From assembly GCA_021738535.1 (NCBI GenBank), contig JAIPBU010000008.1, forward strand, positions 24,921 through 88,920: DNA of 64,000 nucleotides. The letters run 5' to 3'. A model generated the notes under the pieces. The model did no database searches, was not told where the DNA came from, and saw nothing but the letters and a program-made list of their open reading frames with translations. Below are positions 11,159 through 19,660 of the stretch, piece by piece. The stretch is from Bacteroidales bacterium. Lineage in GTDB: Bacteria > Bacteroidota > Bacteroidia > Bacteroidales > VadinHA17. Numbering within the stretch: the stretch's first letter is position 1; each line of letters opens with the position of its first letter. The position numbers and the translations under genes are program-made.

Positions 11159-12910
11159 ATGATGAAAAAGATAATATACCTATTAATAATTACATCTGCC
11201 GTTATCTTCCAGGGATGCGAAGACTACCTGGATAAGGTGCAGGATTCAACAGGTATGACCGAAGAGGATGTTTTTACAAACTACCTTAATTTCAGGCAGT
11301 TTGAGGACAGAATGTATAAAGACATGGTTGACCCGCTTAACCAGTTCGACTATGCACACATTGCTGCATTGTGCGATGAAGGGTACAATACATCTGACTG
11401 GGAGACCATGCCTATTGCACAGGCAGGCGACTGGTTGCGTTCATACAATACAGGCCAGGCACTGCAGTTTTATGGTGTATGGGGAGCCTGGGAGAGTATC
11501 AGGATTGCAAACCTGTCACTTGAAAATTTACCTATGCTGGAGGGAAATGCAACCCAGGAGCAAATAAACGAACTAAAAGGACAGGCTCATTTTATGAGAG
11601 CATGGTATTACTATGAATTCCTGATCCGCCAGGGTGGCATGCCCTACCTGACTAAGGCACTTAAAGGATCTGATAATTTTGCTATTCCCCGTTTGTCTTA
11701 TCATGAAACGGCATTAAAAATTGTTGCTGATTGTGATACAGCTGCAACACTTTTACCTACTGAGTGGGATATGGCCAACCTGGGAAGACCAACCCAGGGA
11801 GCAGCTATGGCCCTTAAAGCTTCAACCTTGCTCTTTGATGCAAGTCCCACAAATAACCCATCAGATGATGTTTCAAGATGGGAAGCAGCAGCTGATGCTG
11901 CATGGGATGTTATTGAAATGTCTAATAATACAGGCGTATATACCCTGGTTGAATCAAACGGAACCGACCAGGTCTCTTATATGACTCCCGGAGGTGAAGA
12001 AGTTATCACATATCCAAGTGGCTATGACAGTATATTTATGTACACTCCTTTCAATGATGAAATAATATGGGAGTTTTATGAGAGGGTTAATAACGGGGGT
12101 ACACATAATCCCTTTACCGTAGCCAGCCTCTCTTCACCAAGTATCATACAGGGTTTTAGCCCATCTCAGAATATTGTGAGTAAGTATGAAACTATTAATG
12201 GACTTGCAGTTGAGGATGATCCTTCATTTGATGCACAGGATCCGTGGGTAGACAGAGATCCGAGGTTTTATCACTCAATTCTTTTCAACCAGCAAAGGTG
12301 GACCAGTAAAACTGATCTATACCTTGAATTGTGGAAAGGAGGGCGTGAAAGACTCAGTGAGCCTCATTACAGCAAGACAGGATACCTGGCCCGTAAATTC
12401 TGGGGTAAGAATGTTGATTCATGGTCGGGTGCTCCTGCCCCCTATACCCACAGCATTTATTTCAGGCTGGCTGAAATATATCTTATGTACGCAGAGGCAG
12501 CAAATGAAATTGGCGGACCTGATCATACTATATCAGGAGCCTCATTATCTGCCGTTGAAGCTGTCAACGTAGTACGTGCAAGGGTAAATATGCCCGGTGT
12601 TCATACCAGTTACCTGGGAAGCAAAGAAGACTTCAGGGAAAGGATCAAGAATGAACGGGCAGTTGAGCTTTATCTTGAGGGGAAAAGGTTTTTTGACCTG
12701 TCAAGATGGGGTGATGCACATAAAATGGAACACAGAGAGATCTACGGCATTGAACTAACAGAAAATGCCAGCGCTCCTACAGGGTATAATATTAGCGAGA
12801 CAGTGGACCCTGTTTTTACTCTTACTTTCGTGCAGAAGCATTACAGGTGGCCGATACCCACACAGGATGCACTTATGTTTGAAGAGTTTGAACAGAATCC
12901 CGGCTGGTAA
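11159..12910 (+). CDS. SusD/RagB-family outer-membrane lipoprotein (pair 2)
   Basis: Lipobox VIFQGC-EDYLD. ERAVELYLEGKRFFDLSRWG. Tail WPIPTQDALMFEEFEQNPGW. Confidence 0.93.
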   Translation: MMKKIIYLLIITSAVIFQGCEDYLDKVQDSTGMTEEDVFTNYLNFRQFEDRMYKDMVDPLNQFDYAHIAALCDEGYNTSDWETMPIAQAGDWLRSYNTGQALQFYGVWGAWESIRIANLSLENLPMLEGNATQEQINELKGQAHFMRAWYYYEFLIRQGGMPYLTKALKGSDNFAIPRLSYHETALKIVADCDTAATLLPTEWDMANLGRPTQGAAMALKASTLLFDASPTNNPSDDVSRWEAAADAAWDVIEMSNNTGVYTLVESNGTDQVSYMTPGGEEVITYPSGYDSIFMYTPFNDEIIWEFYERVNNGGTHNPFTVASLSSPSIIQGFSPSQNIVSKYETINGLAVEDDPSFDAQDPWVDRDPRFYHSILFNQQRWTSKTDLYLELWKGGRERLSEPHYSKTGYLARKFWGKNVDSWSGAPAPYTHSIYFRLAEIYLMYAEAANEIGGPDHTISGASLSAVEAVNVVRARVNMPGVHTSYLGSKEDFRERIKNERAVELYLEGKRFFDLSRWGDAHKMEHREIYGIELTENASAPTGYNISETVDPVFTLTFVQKHYRWPIPTQDALMFEEFEQNPGW

Positions 12911-12928
12911 GCCTGATCTTTTTAAAGC

Positions 12929-15900
12929 ATGAAAAATGTGCTAAAAACTGAAAAAATGAGAACTATGAATAAAATATTTAATTACCTGTTGAGTATTATC
13001 ACTATCCTGGCATTTCAGGGCCTTATGAACCTGAATGCACAGGATGTGCCTGCTACAACAGTAACAGGCCAGGTGGTTGATGAGTCAGGCCAGCCACTGC
13101 AGAACATTACAGTAAAGTCGTTCAACCTGAAAAACAGTGTTGTAACCGGCGAGAGTGGTGCCTTCTCTATAGAAGTAACCGCCCAGGAGCCTGACAGGAT
13201 CGTTATCTCAGAACCAGGATTTAAACTACTGGTGCTAACAGTTGAGCCCGGAGCCGGTGATCCCGGTGAACTGGTCCTTGAAGAAAAAAGTATGTATGAT
13301 CCGGCTAATGAGATATCACTTCCTTATACTACACTTACTAACAGCCGTTATCCGGGTGCTGTAAGCGTAATAAGCGGTGAAGAGCTTAATTCATACCCTT
13401 CAGATAACCTGCTGGAAGCTCTGCAGGGAAGGATCCCGGGCCTGGTAGTGAATCAATATGATTACATGCCCGGAGAAGAATCTTTTGGAGTGTATATAAG
13501 GGGAGTGGGAGCTACTATATATATAGACGGCACCCCCAGGGATATAACAGGTCTGAATGCTTCTGAAGTAGATAAAGTGGAAGTAATTAAGGACCTGACA
13601 GGACGTGCTGCTCTCGGGTTATCAGGAGCAGGACCTGTACTCTGGATAACCACCAAGACAGGTGATAGTTTTGACAGAAAAATTTCTGTTTCAGCTGAGA
13701 CAGGACTGAGAACTCCAACAGCATTACCATCTTATCTTGGTTCATATGATTATGCTACTCTGTATAATGAGGCACGGCTGAATGATGGCCTGAGTGCATA
13801 TTATTCACAGGAAGACCTTGATGGATATCAGAGCCAGTCAAACCCTACTCTTTACCCCGACATTGATTACTATGATAAGTATGTTAATACTACAACACCT
13901 TTTACAAAAGGAAATATTAATTTCCAGGGTGGAGACGACAGGGTGAACTATTTCACAGCTTTTACATATTATAATTCCAGCGGACTGGAGTCAATGGGTG
14001 AGGTCATCAGGAATAACCGTTATAAGCTTAGAGGTAATGTTAATATACAACTTAATGATTTTATGAAGCTTGGGGTAAATATTGCCGGTTCTTACAATAC
14101 TTCCCGTTATCCTAATTCAGGAGGAGGAGCAGGTGTATTTGATATGTTTGATATTTTTTCAACTTACCCGGCAAATGCTCATCCCGAATCATTTAATGAT
14201 AAGCTTATAATCAGTGATGATTATCCCACTAATGTTACAAATGAACTTATGTACGCCGGTTTTGCAGAAGGACAGGTGCTTAATGCACAAAACACTGCAA
14301 ACCTGGAAATTGACCTTGGAGGAATAACAGAAGGTCTTACATTCAAAGCCAGGGCTACATTTGACATAATGAATCAGATCATTCAAAACCAGGGTGGAAC
14401 AGCTGCTCTTTACAGAATGGAAAACATTGGAGGAATCGATTCTGCAGTTTTGATTGTACCTGAAGAGAATGATGTGGATATGAGCATAGGAAGTAATTAT
14501 TTCAGCAGGCGCACAGAAGCCATGACATCACTTAATTACGAGAAACAAAGTGGTCAGCATTCACTCCTCCTTAATGCAGTTTTCTATATGGGTCTTGATG
14601 AAATGAGAGTTACATGGGATGGTTACCAGCCCGGTAAGATGCAGGATTATTCACTTCGTGCTAACTATGGCTTTGCCGACAAATATCTGATACAGGCAGA
14701 TCTTTCATATTCAGGTAGCATGAGAATGCCTGACGGAGAGCGTTTCTCCTTATATCCAACTGCATCTGCAGCATGGATAATAAGTAATGAAAGTTTTCTA
14801 AGTGAAAGTTCATTTGTTGACTACCTGAAACTCCATGCTTCCTATGGAATAATGGGAATAGGAAATTACAGCATTTCCGGCTATAACCCGTATTACCTGT
14901 ATGAAACATTATGGGGTTACTCAGGGTCATGGACATCAGGGGTTCCCGGAAACTATGGATCCGCAGCTAATATTTATGAAATGTTACAGAACGGATCCGA
15001 TGATTTTAAACTGCCTAAGAAAAGTTATCTGAATATTGGTTTGCAGGGTCAGTTAATGAATAAAGCATTGTCTTTTGAATTTAATTACTTTAACGAACGC
15101 AATTACAATAAGATATCAGCCAGGGTATATTCAACTCCATCACTTATAGGAACAGACTTTTTACAGGCCACCAATTACGGTGAGGATACGAGATGGGGAG
15201 TTGATGGTATGGTGCAGTATTCAGGACAAAGCGGCGACTTTAATTATTCAGTCAGCGTGAATGCAATGTACCTCCGCGGTAAACATGTTGTTGTGGACGA
15301 GCTCGATTACCCGGAAGAATACAGAACACGTACAGGAAAAGATATAGACCTGTTCTGGATATATAATGCCGAAGGATTATACCAGGATGGTGATGAAATT
15401 ACAGACCGTGATGTATCACAGGCATGGGGTAATGTCGTTCCCGGTGATATAAGGTATGAAGACAAGAATAATGACGGACTGGTAGATGAGAGAGATGTAT
15501 ATGCACCCGGAGCTCATTCTCCCAGGCTGTTCTACGGAGCTAATCTGAGCCTGGGTTATAAGAACCTGAAATTGTTTATTGCCGGGCAGGGTATTGCCAA
15601 TGGTGATATGATGTTATATTCTGACAGGTATTTCAGGATTAACAGTCCGGACCAGGCCTATTCAGAATTTATGCTTGACCGCTGGCCGGTAAGTAACGAT
15701 GTACCGAGACTCACTACCACTTCACAGAATAACGTACAGAATTCAACATTCTGGGTTAGAAGTGCTGCTTATTTCAAGATCCGTAACGTAGAGTTAAGTT
15801 ACAGGTTACCCGTGAATGCATCACGGACAATGTTTATGACAGACTCAAGGATCTTTGTAAGAGGAACTAACCTGCTATCAGTTTCAGGACTAAAAGAGTA

Positions 15901-15988
15901 CGGACTCGATCCTGAAAATGTTAATGCAGGAATAACAGGTTATCCTGTATTCAGGACCTTTACTGCAGGTGTGTCGTTTAGTTTTTAA
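12929..15988 (+). CDS. SusC/RagA-family TonB-dependent transporter (pair 3) with degenerate TonB-box region
   Basis: Signal peptide ...LMNLNAQ. VTGQVVDESGQPLQNITVKS. Plug motifs VEVIKDLTGRAALGLSGAGPVLWITTKTG. C-terminus ...FTAGVSFSF. Where pairs 1 and 2 have VVVVGYG(T/V)QKK, this protein has EISLPYTTLTNSRYPGAVSVISGEEL. Alternative starts at 12956 and 12965. Confidence 0.9.
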   Translation: MKNVLKTEKMRTMNKIFNYLLSIITILAFQGLMNLNAQDVPATTVTGQVVDESGQPLQNITVKSFNLKNSVVTGESGAFSIEVTAQEPDRIVISEPGFKLLVLTVEPGAGDPGELVLEEKSMYDPANEISLPYTTLTNSRYPGAVSVISGEELNSYPSDNLLEALQGRIPGLVVNQYDYMPGEESFGVYIRGVGATIYIDGTPRDITGLNASEVDKVEVIKDLTGRAALGLSGAGPVLWITTKTGDSFDRKISVSAETGLRTPTALPSYLGSYDYATLYNEARLNDGLSAYYSQEDLDGYQSQSNPTLYPDIDYYDKYVNTTTPFTKGNINFQGGDDRVNYFTAFTYYNSSGLESMGEVIRNNRYKLRGNVNIQLNDFMKLGVNIAGSYNTSRYPNSGGGAGVFDMFDIFSTYPANAHPESFNDKLIISDDYPTNVTNELMYAGFAEGQVLNAQNTANLEIDLGGITEGLTFKARATFDIMNQIIQNQGGTAALYRMENIGGIDSAVLIVPEENDVDMSIGSNYFSRRTEAMTSLNYEKQSGQHSLLLNAVFYMGLDEMRVTWDGYQPGKMQDYSLRANYGFADKYLIQADLSYSGSMRMPDGERFSLYPTASAAWIISNESFLSESSFVDYLKLHASYGIMGIGNYSISGYNPYYLYETLWGYSGSWTSGVPGNYGSAANIYEMLQNGSDDFKLPKKSYLNIGLQGQLMNKALSFEFNYFNERNYNKISARVYSTPSLIGTDFLQATNYGEDTRWGVDGMVQYSGQSGDFNYSVSVNAMYLRGKHVVVDELDYPEEYRTRTGKDIDLFWIYNAEGLYQDGDEITDRDVSQAWGNVVPGDIRYEDKNNDGLVDERDVYAPGAHSPRLFYGANLSLGYKNLKLFIAGQGIANGDMMLYSDRYFRINSPDQAYSEFMLDRWPVSNDVPRLTTTSQNNVQNSTFWVRSAAYFKIRNVELSYRLPVNASRTMFMTDSRIFVRGTNLLSVSGLKEYGLDPENVNAGITGYPVFRTFTAGVSFSF

Positions 15989-16005
15989 TTTTTTAAACTA
16001 AGATT

Positions 16006-18153
16006 ATGAAGCGAATAATTTTTATATTTCTGGTAACGGTGATGGTGGCATCAGGCTGTGAATACCTTGAGCCCAGGCCAATACAGGACCTGAGTACAGA
16101 TGAGCTGCTCAGTGCTGCCGACTATGGTGAAGGGCTTCTCACAAAGGCTTATGCAAACCTGAACCCGTATTATGATATTAATTCTGAATATTATACTGAC
16201 AACGCGGTTCCTTCCAATACCGGGTCAAACCTACTGGCTCTTGGCGGATGGACACTTGAAACTAATCCAATTGGTAACTGGAACCACTGGTATAATTCCA
16301 TTGCTTACTGCAATCAGTATCTTGAACTTGGAGAGGATCTGCTCTATAGCGTGTCTGATTCAACTCTGAATGATAAGCTCCAGGTAAACAGGAGGGCAGA
16401 AGCTTTCTTCCTGAGGGCATGGTATCACTGGAAACTATTGCAGACCTATGGTGGTTACGCGGAAGGAGGATCTGAAGCCTTAGGTGTTCCTGTTGTTACA
16501 GAATCACTTTCCAGGGAAGATAACCTTGACCTTCCAAGAGATACCTATGAAGATGTAGTGGCACAGATAGTTCAGGATCTTGATTCTGTTATAGCAGTGC
16601 TCCCGTTTGCTTATGACGGATCATCCCTTACAGACAATATTACGAACAGGGGACGGGCATCCGGTCTTGCTGCATTGGCGCTGAAGGCCAGGGTTTACCT
16701 GTATGCCGCAAGTCCCGCTTACGGCCCTTCAACACCGGAACTGTGGGAAAGAGCTGCAGAAGCTGCATATGAGGCAATAGATACTTCGGGTGGTCTTACT
16801 GATCTGGATTATTACGGCGATTTTAATGATTTCAGCAGCTATGATAATATCTGGATTCAGCCTCCCTTTACCTCAAATGCATGGGAGAGGACCTACTACC
16901 CGCCATCCCTGTATGGTAATGGACAGGGAAACCCATCGCAAAACCTGGTGGATGCTTTTCCAGCAGCTGATGGATATCCCATTGATGAGAGTACGGTTTA
17001 TGATCAGGATGACCCATACAGTAACCGTGATCCGCGGTTTGAAAGGTTCATCTTTCACAATGGCACAAAATATAACGGTAATTTTATAAGAACTTATGAA
17101 GGCGGACCTGATGCTCCCGGCGGATTGTCACAAAGGGGAACAAGAACAGGTTATTATCTTCAAAAACTCTTAAGTAAAAACGTTAGACTGACACCCGGTG
17201 ATGTTACAAGTGATGTCAAATTCTATACATACCTTGACCGTACAGAACTTTATCTGAATTTTGCCGAAGCTGCAAATGAAGCATTTGGCCCAACTGATTC
17301 CAGGTATGGATTTTCTGCTGCAGATGCCCTCGCCAAAATAAGAGAGCGTGCAGGAATTGATTCTGACCCGTCAACAGGCGGTTACCAGGATCAGTATCTT
17401 GATGATGCTGCAGCGGCAGGGGCAGCTGAATTCAGAGACCTGCTCCATAATGAGAGAAGGGTTGAGCTTTGCTTCGAGGGATTCAGGTTCTGGGATGTAC
17501 GCAGGCTAAATGAAAGTCTTAACCATACCATAAGGGGTGTTAATGTTACGGTGGCAGATAATCCACCTACGCCACCTGTAACCAACCTGGCATTAATTGC
17601 CGATGCTTCTGCTGATTATGTATCGCAGTGGTCAAGCCTGTCATATGTGAATGACGGTGACATGGGCACATTCTTCCATAACTGGTATAGTGGTGACCAA
17701 TGGAGGTATGTTCAGTATGATCTGCCCAGTTATTTTAAAGTTCCCACAAGTAACAATATTTACAAGATCGACAGTGTAGTTGTTCAGTGGTGGGAAGAAT
17801 GCCCGACCTGCGGTGTTCAGTACCCGGACAGTGTCAGGCTGGAATCATGGGATGCTGATGCGGGAGAATGGGTTGAACTGGAAACAGATTATGATGGCAT
17901 AACAGAGGACTACTGGAAAGTGTCTTTCGCTTCCGGTCTCGAAACTGGTAGCCTGAGACTTAATTTCAGGGACGATGCTTCATGTGGCATTAAAGAATTT
18001 TATGTGTGGGGTGCAACCCTGGATAAACCTGTTTTTGAATATGAATACGTGGATGTTGAAGACCATACATTCCAGGATTATATGAGGTATGTCCCATTAC
18101 CTTATTCGCAAACTCTTACAATGAGTAATCTGCAACAAAATAGCGGATGGTAA
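16006..18153 (+). CDS. SusD/RagB-family lipoprotein (pair 3) carrying an internal ~155-aa beta-sandwich-like insertion
   Basis: Lipobox MVASGC-EYLE. SusD core ...NERRVELCFEGFRFWDVRRL. SusD tail ...PLPYSQTLTMSNLQQNSGW. At 715 aa it is longer than its neighbours (537 and 583 aa), because of an extra segment at nt ~17560-18030. Confidence 0.9.
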   Translation: MKRIIFIFLVTVMVASGCEYLEPRPIQDLSTDELLSAADYGEGLLTKAYANLNPYYDINSEYYTDNAVPSNTGSNLLALGGWTLETNPIGNWNHWYNSIAYCNQYLELGEDLLYSVSDSTLNDKLQVNRRAEAFFLRAWYHWKLLQTYGGYAEGGSEALGVPVVTESLSREDNLDLPRDTYEDVVAQIVQDLDSVIAVLPFAYDGSSLTDNITNRGRASGLAALALKARVYLYAASPAYGPSTPELWERAAEAAYEAIDTSGGLTDLDYYGDFNDFSSYDNIWIQPPFTSNAWERTYYPPSLYGNGQGNPSQNLVDAFPAADGYPIDESTVYDQDDPYSNRDPRFERFIFHNGTKYNGNFIRTYEGGPDAPGGLSQRGTRTGYYLQKLLSKNVRLTPGDVTSDVKFYTYLDRTELYLNFAEAANEAFGPTDSRYGFSAADALAKIRERAGIDSDPSTGGYQDQYLDDAAAAGAAEFRDLLHNERRVELCFEGFRFWDVRRLNESLNHTIRGVNVTVADNPPTPPVTNLALIADASADYVSQWSSLSYVNDGDMGTFFHNWYSGDQWRYVQYDLPSYFKVPTSNNIYKIDSVVVQWWEECPTCGVQYPDSVRLESWDADAGEWVELETDYDGITEDYWKVSFASGLETGSLRLNFRDDASCGIKEFYVWGATLDKPVFEYEYVDVEDHTFQDYMRYVPLPYSQTLTMSNLQQNSGW

Positions 18154-18167
18154 TTAAGGGCATCTAA

Positions 18168-19547
18168 ATGATAATATTTAAAATGAGAATTATGAAAAAT
18201 ATAGTTATTATCTTACTCCTGCTGGGCTTGATGACAACAGGCTGTTACGATGATTTCAGAAATGATTACCCGTACACAACCGTTGCTTTCTCAACCGCAA
18301 CTGGGGGATTAACAAGCCAGGGAGAACTGGGAAGAACAGTTGTTATGGGGGAAGGACTGGAAATGGACTTCGGTGTTTATGTTGCAGGCCTCCTCGAAAA
18401 TGATAAGGAATGGTGGGCTGATTTTATTATTGATCCTTCATTGCTTAATGGTACACCATACCAGCTGATGCCTGAGAGCTATTATACTCTCAGTAATGAC
18501 AGCAGGATAACAATCCCGTCCGGCGATTATGTCGGTAAGGTGACTGTTACTCTTGATTCAGCTGCATTTGTTTCAGATCCACTTTCGGTAGATTTTAATT
18601 ATGCACTGCCAATCAGGCTTACAGATACTAATGCCGATTCTTTACATACTGCCCAGAGTGAAAAAATTCTTGTGCTGAAATATATTAATAGCTATGAAGG
18701 CTATTATGACCAGGAGGGTAGCTACCAGACTGTTGATGCAGGATCAACAATCAATGAGGGCATAATTAATAATGTAATAATGGCCAGTACTCACTCTCTT
18801 GACTCAGTTATTGCCAATGGTATGATTTATATTGGTGCCGAATATGAGGTTAAGTATAATGTGAATGCTGATAATTCAGTATATATTGAGAAAATGCCTG
18901 TATCACCACCGGAACCAACTAACCTCGCCGGAGCAGCTACCATTTCAACAGATTATGTTAGTGGCTGGGAAGATATTGAAGGTATCCGTGACGGTTATGA
19001 TCCGCAGGACTCAGGTGATAAAAACGGAGCAGCCTTTGGTAACTGGTACAGTGGAGGTGAATGGGGCTGGATCCAGTACGAATGGTCAGACCTTTATTAT
19101 ATAGATCAGTCAGATATCTACTGGTGGACTGACGGAGGGGGTATATTGATACCAACAGACAGTTATATTGAGTACTGGAATACCGAAACAGAACAGTGGG
19201 AAACTGTTCCCAATCACAATGGTTTTGGTGTTGCAGCCGACCAGTATAACATTACAACATTCGATCAAATTATTACGAATAAAATTCGTATAAATTTTAT
19301 AAATGATACCGAATCATGTGGAGTACTGGAATGGAAAGTATGGGGAGTAATGGCAGCAGTAACACCTGAGCAGGCTGTTATAGAATCAGTATCGCCCGAA
19401 GGCGATTGCAGCTTTGATCCTGAAAATGATGCATTCAACCTCAATTACAGGATAGACTATGAAAACCAGGACTATTACACAATAGTAAACACAACTCTTA
19501 CCTGGAGAAACAGGATAAGAGATGGCGTAAATGAATGGAGAAGATAG
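18168..19547 (+). CDS. DUF1735-type PUL surface lipoprotein (putative surface glycan-binding protein) carrying the same inserted module as the upstream SusD
   Basis: Lipobox LGLMTTGC-YDDF (the likely true start is MKNIV at 18192). The N-terminal segment YPYTTVAFS...TIPSGDYVGKVTVTLD...YALPIRL is typical of DUF1735/BT_3987-like domains. The module at nt ~18911-19350 is homologous to SusD3 nt ~17560-18030. Confidence 0.8.
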   Translation: MIIFKMRIMKNIVIILLLLGLMTTGCYDDFRNDYPYTTVAFSTATGGLTSQGELGRTVVMGEGLEMDFGVYVAGLLENDKEWWADFIIDPSLLNGTPYQLMPESYYTLSNDSRITIPSGDYVGKVTVTLDSAAFVSDPLSVDFNYALPIRLTDTNADSLHTAQSEKILVLKYINSYEGYYDQEGSYQTVDAGSTINEGIINNVIMASTHSLDSVIANGMIYIGAEYEVKYNVNADNSVYIEKMPVSPPEPTNLAGAATISTDYVSGWEDIEGIRDGYDPQDSGDKNGAAFGNWYSGGEWGWIQYEWSDLYYIDQSDIYWWTDGGGILIPTDSYIEYWNTETEQWETVPNHNGFGVAADQYNITTFDQIITNKIRINFINDTESCGVLEWKVWGVMAAVTPEQAVIESVSPEGDCSFDPENDAFNLNYRIDYENQDYYTIVNTTLTWRNRIRDGVNEWRR

Positions 19548-19570
19548 GTTAATTTGGGATTTAGTTAATT

Positions 19571-19604
19571 GAAGGGCTGCTCAGTTTGGGTAGTCCTTCT
19601 TTTA
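19571..19604 (+). terminator. Possible intrinsic terminator after the DUF1735 gene
   Basis: GAAGGGCT / AGTCCTTC stem (one G-T wobble), 13-nt loop, then TTTT. Confidence 0.4.
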
Positions 19605-19660
19605 TATAAAATTTCATGGATCAAAAAATCTCGATCCTGCTTAATTTGAAACAGAGTGGA

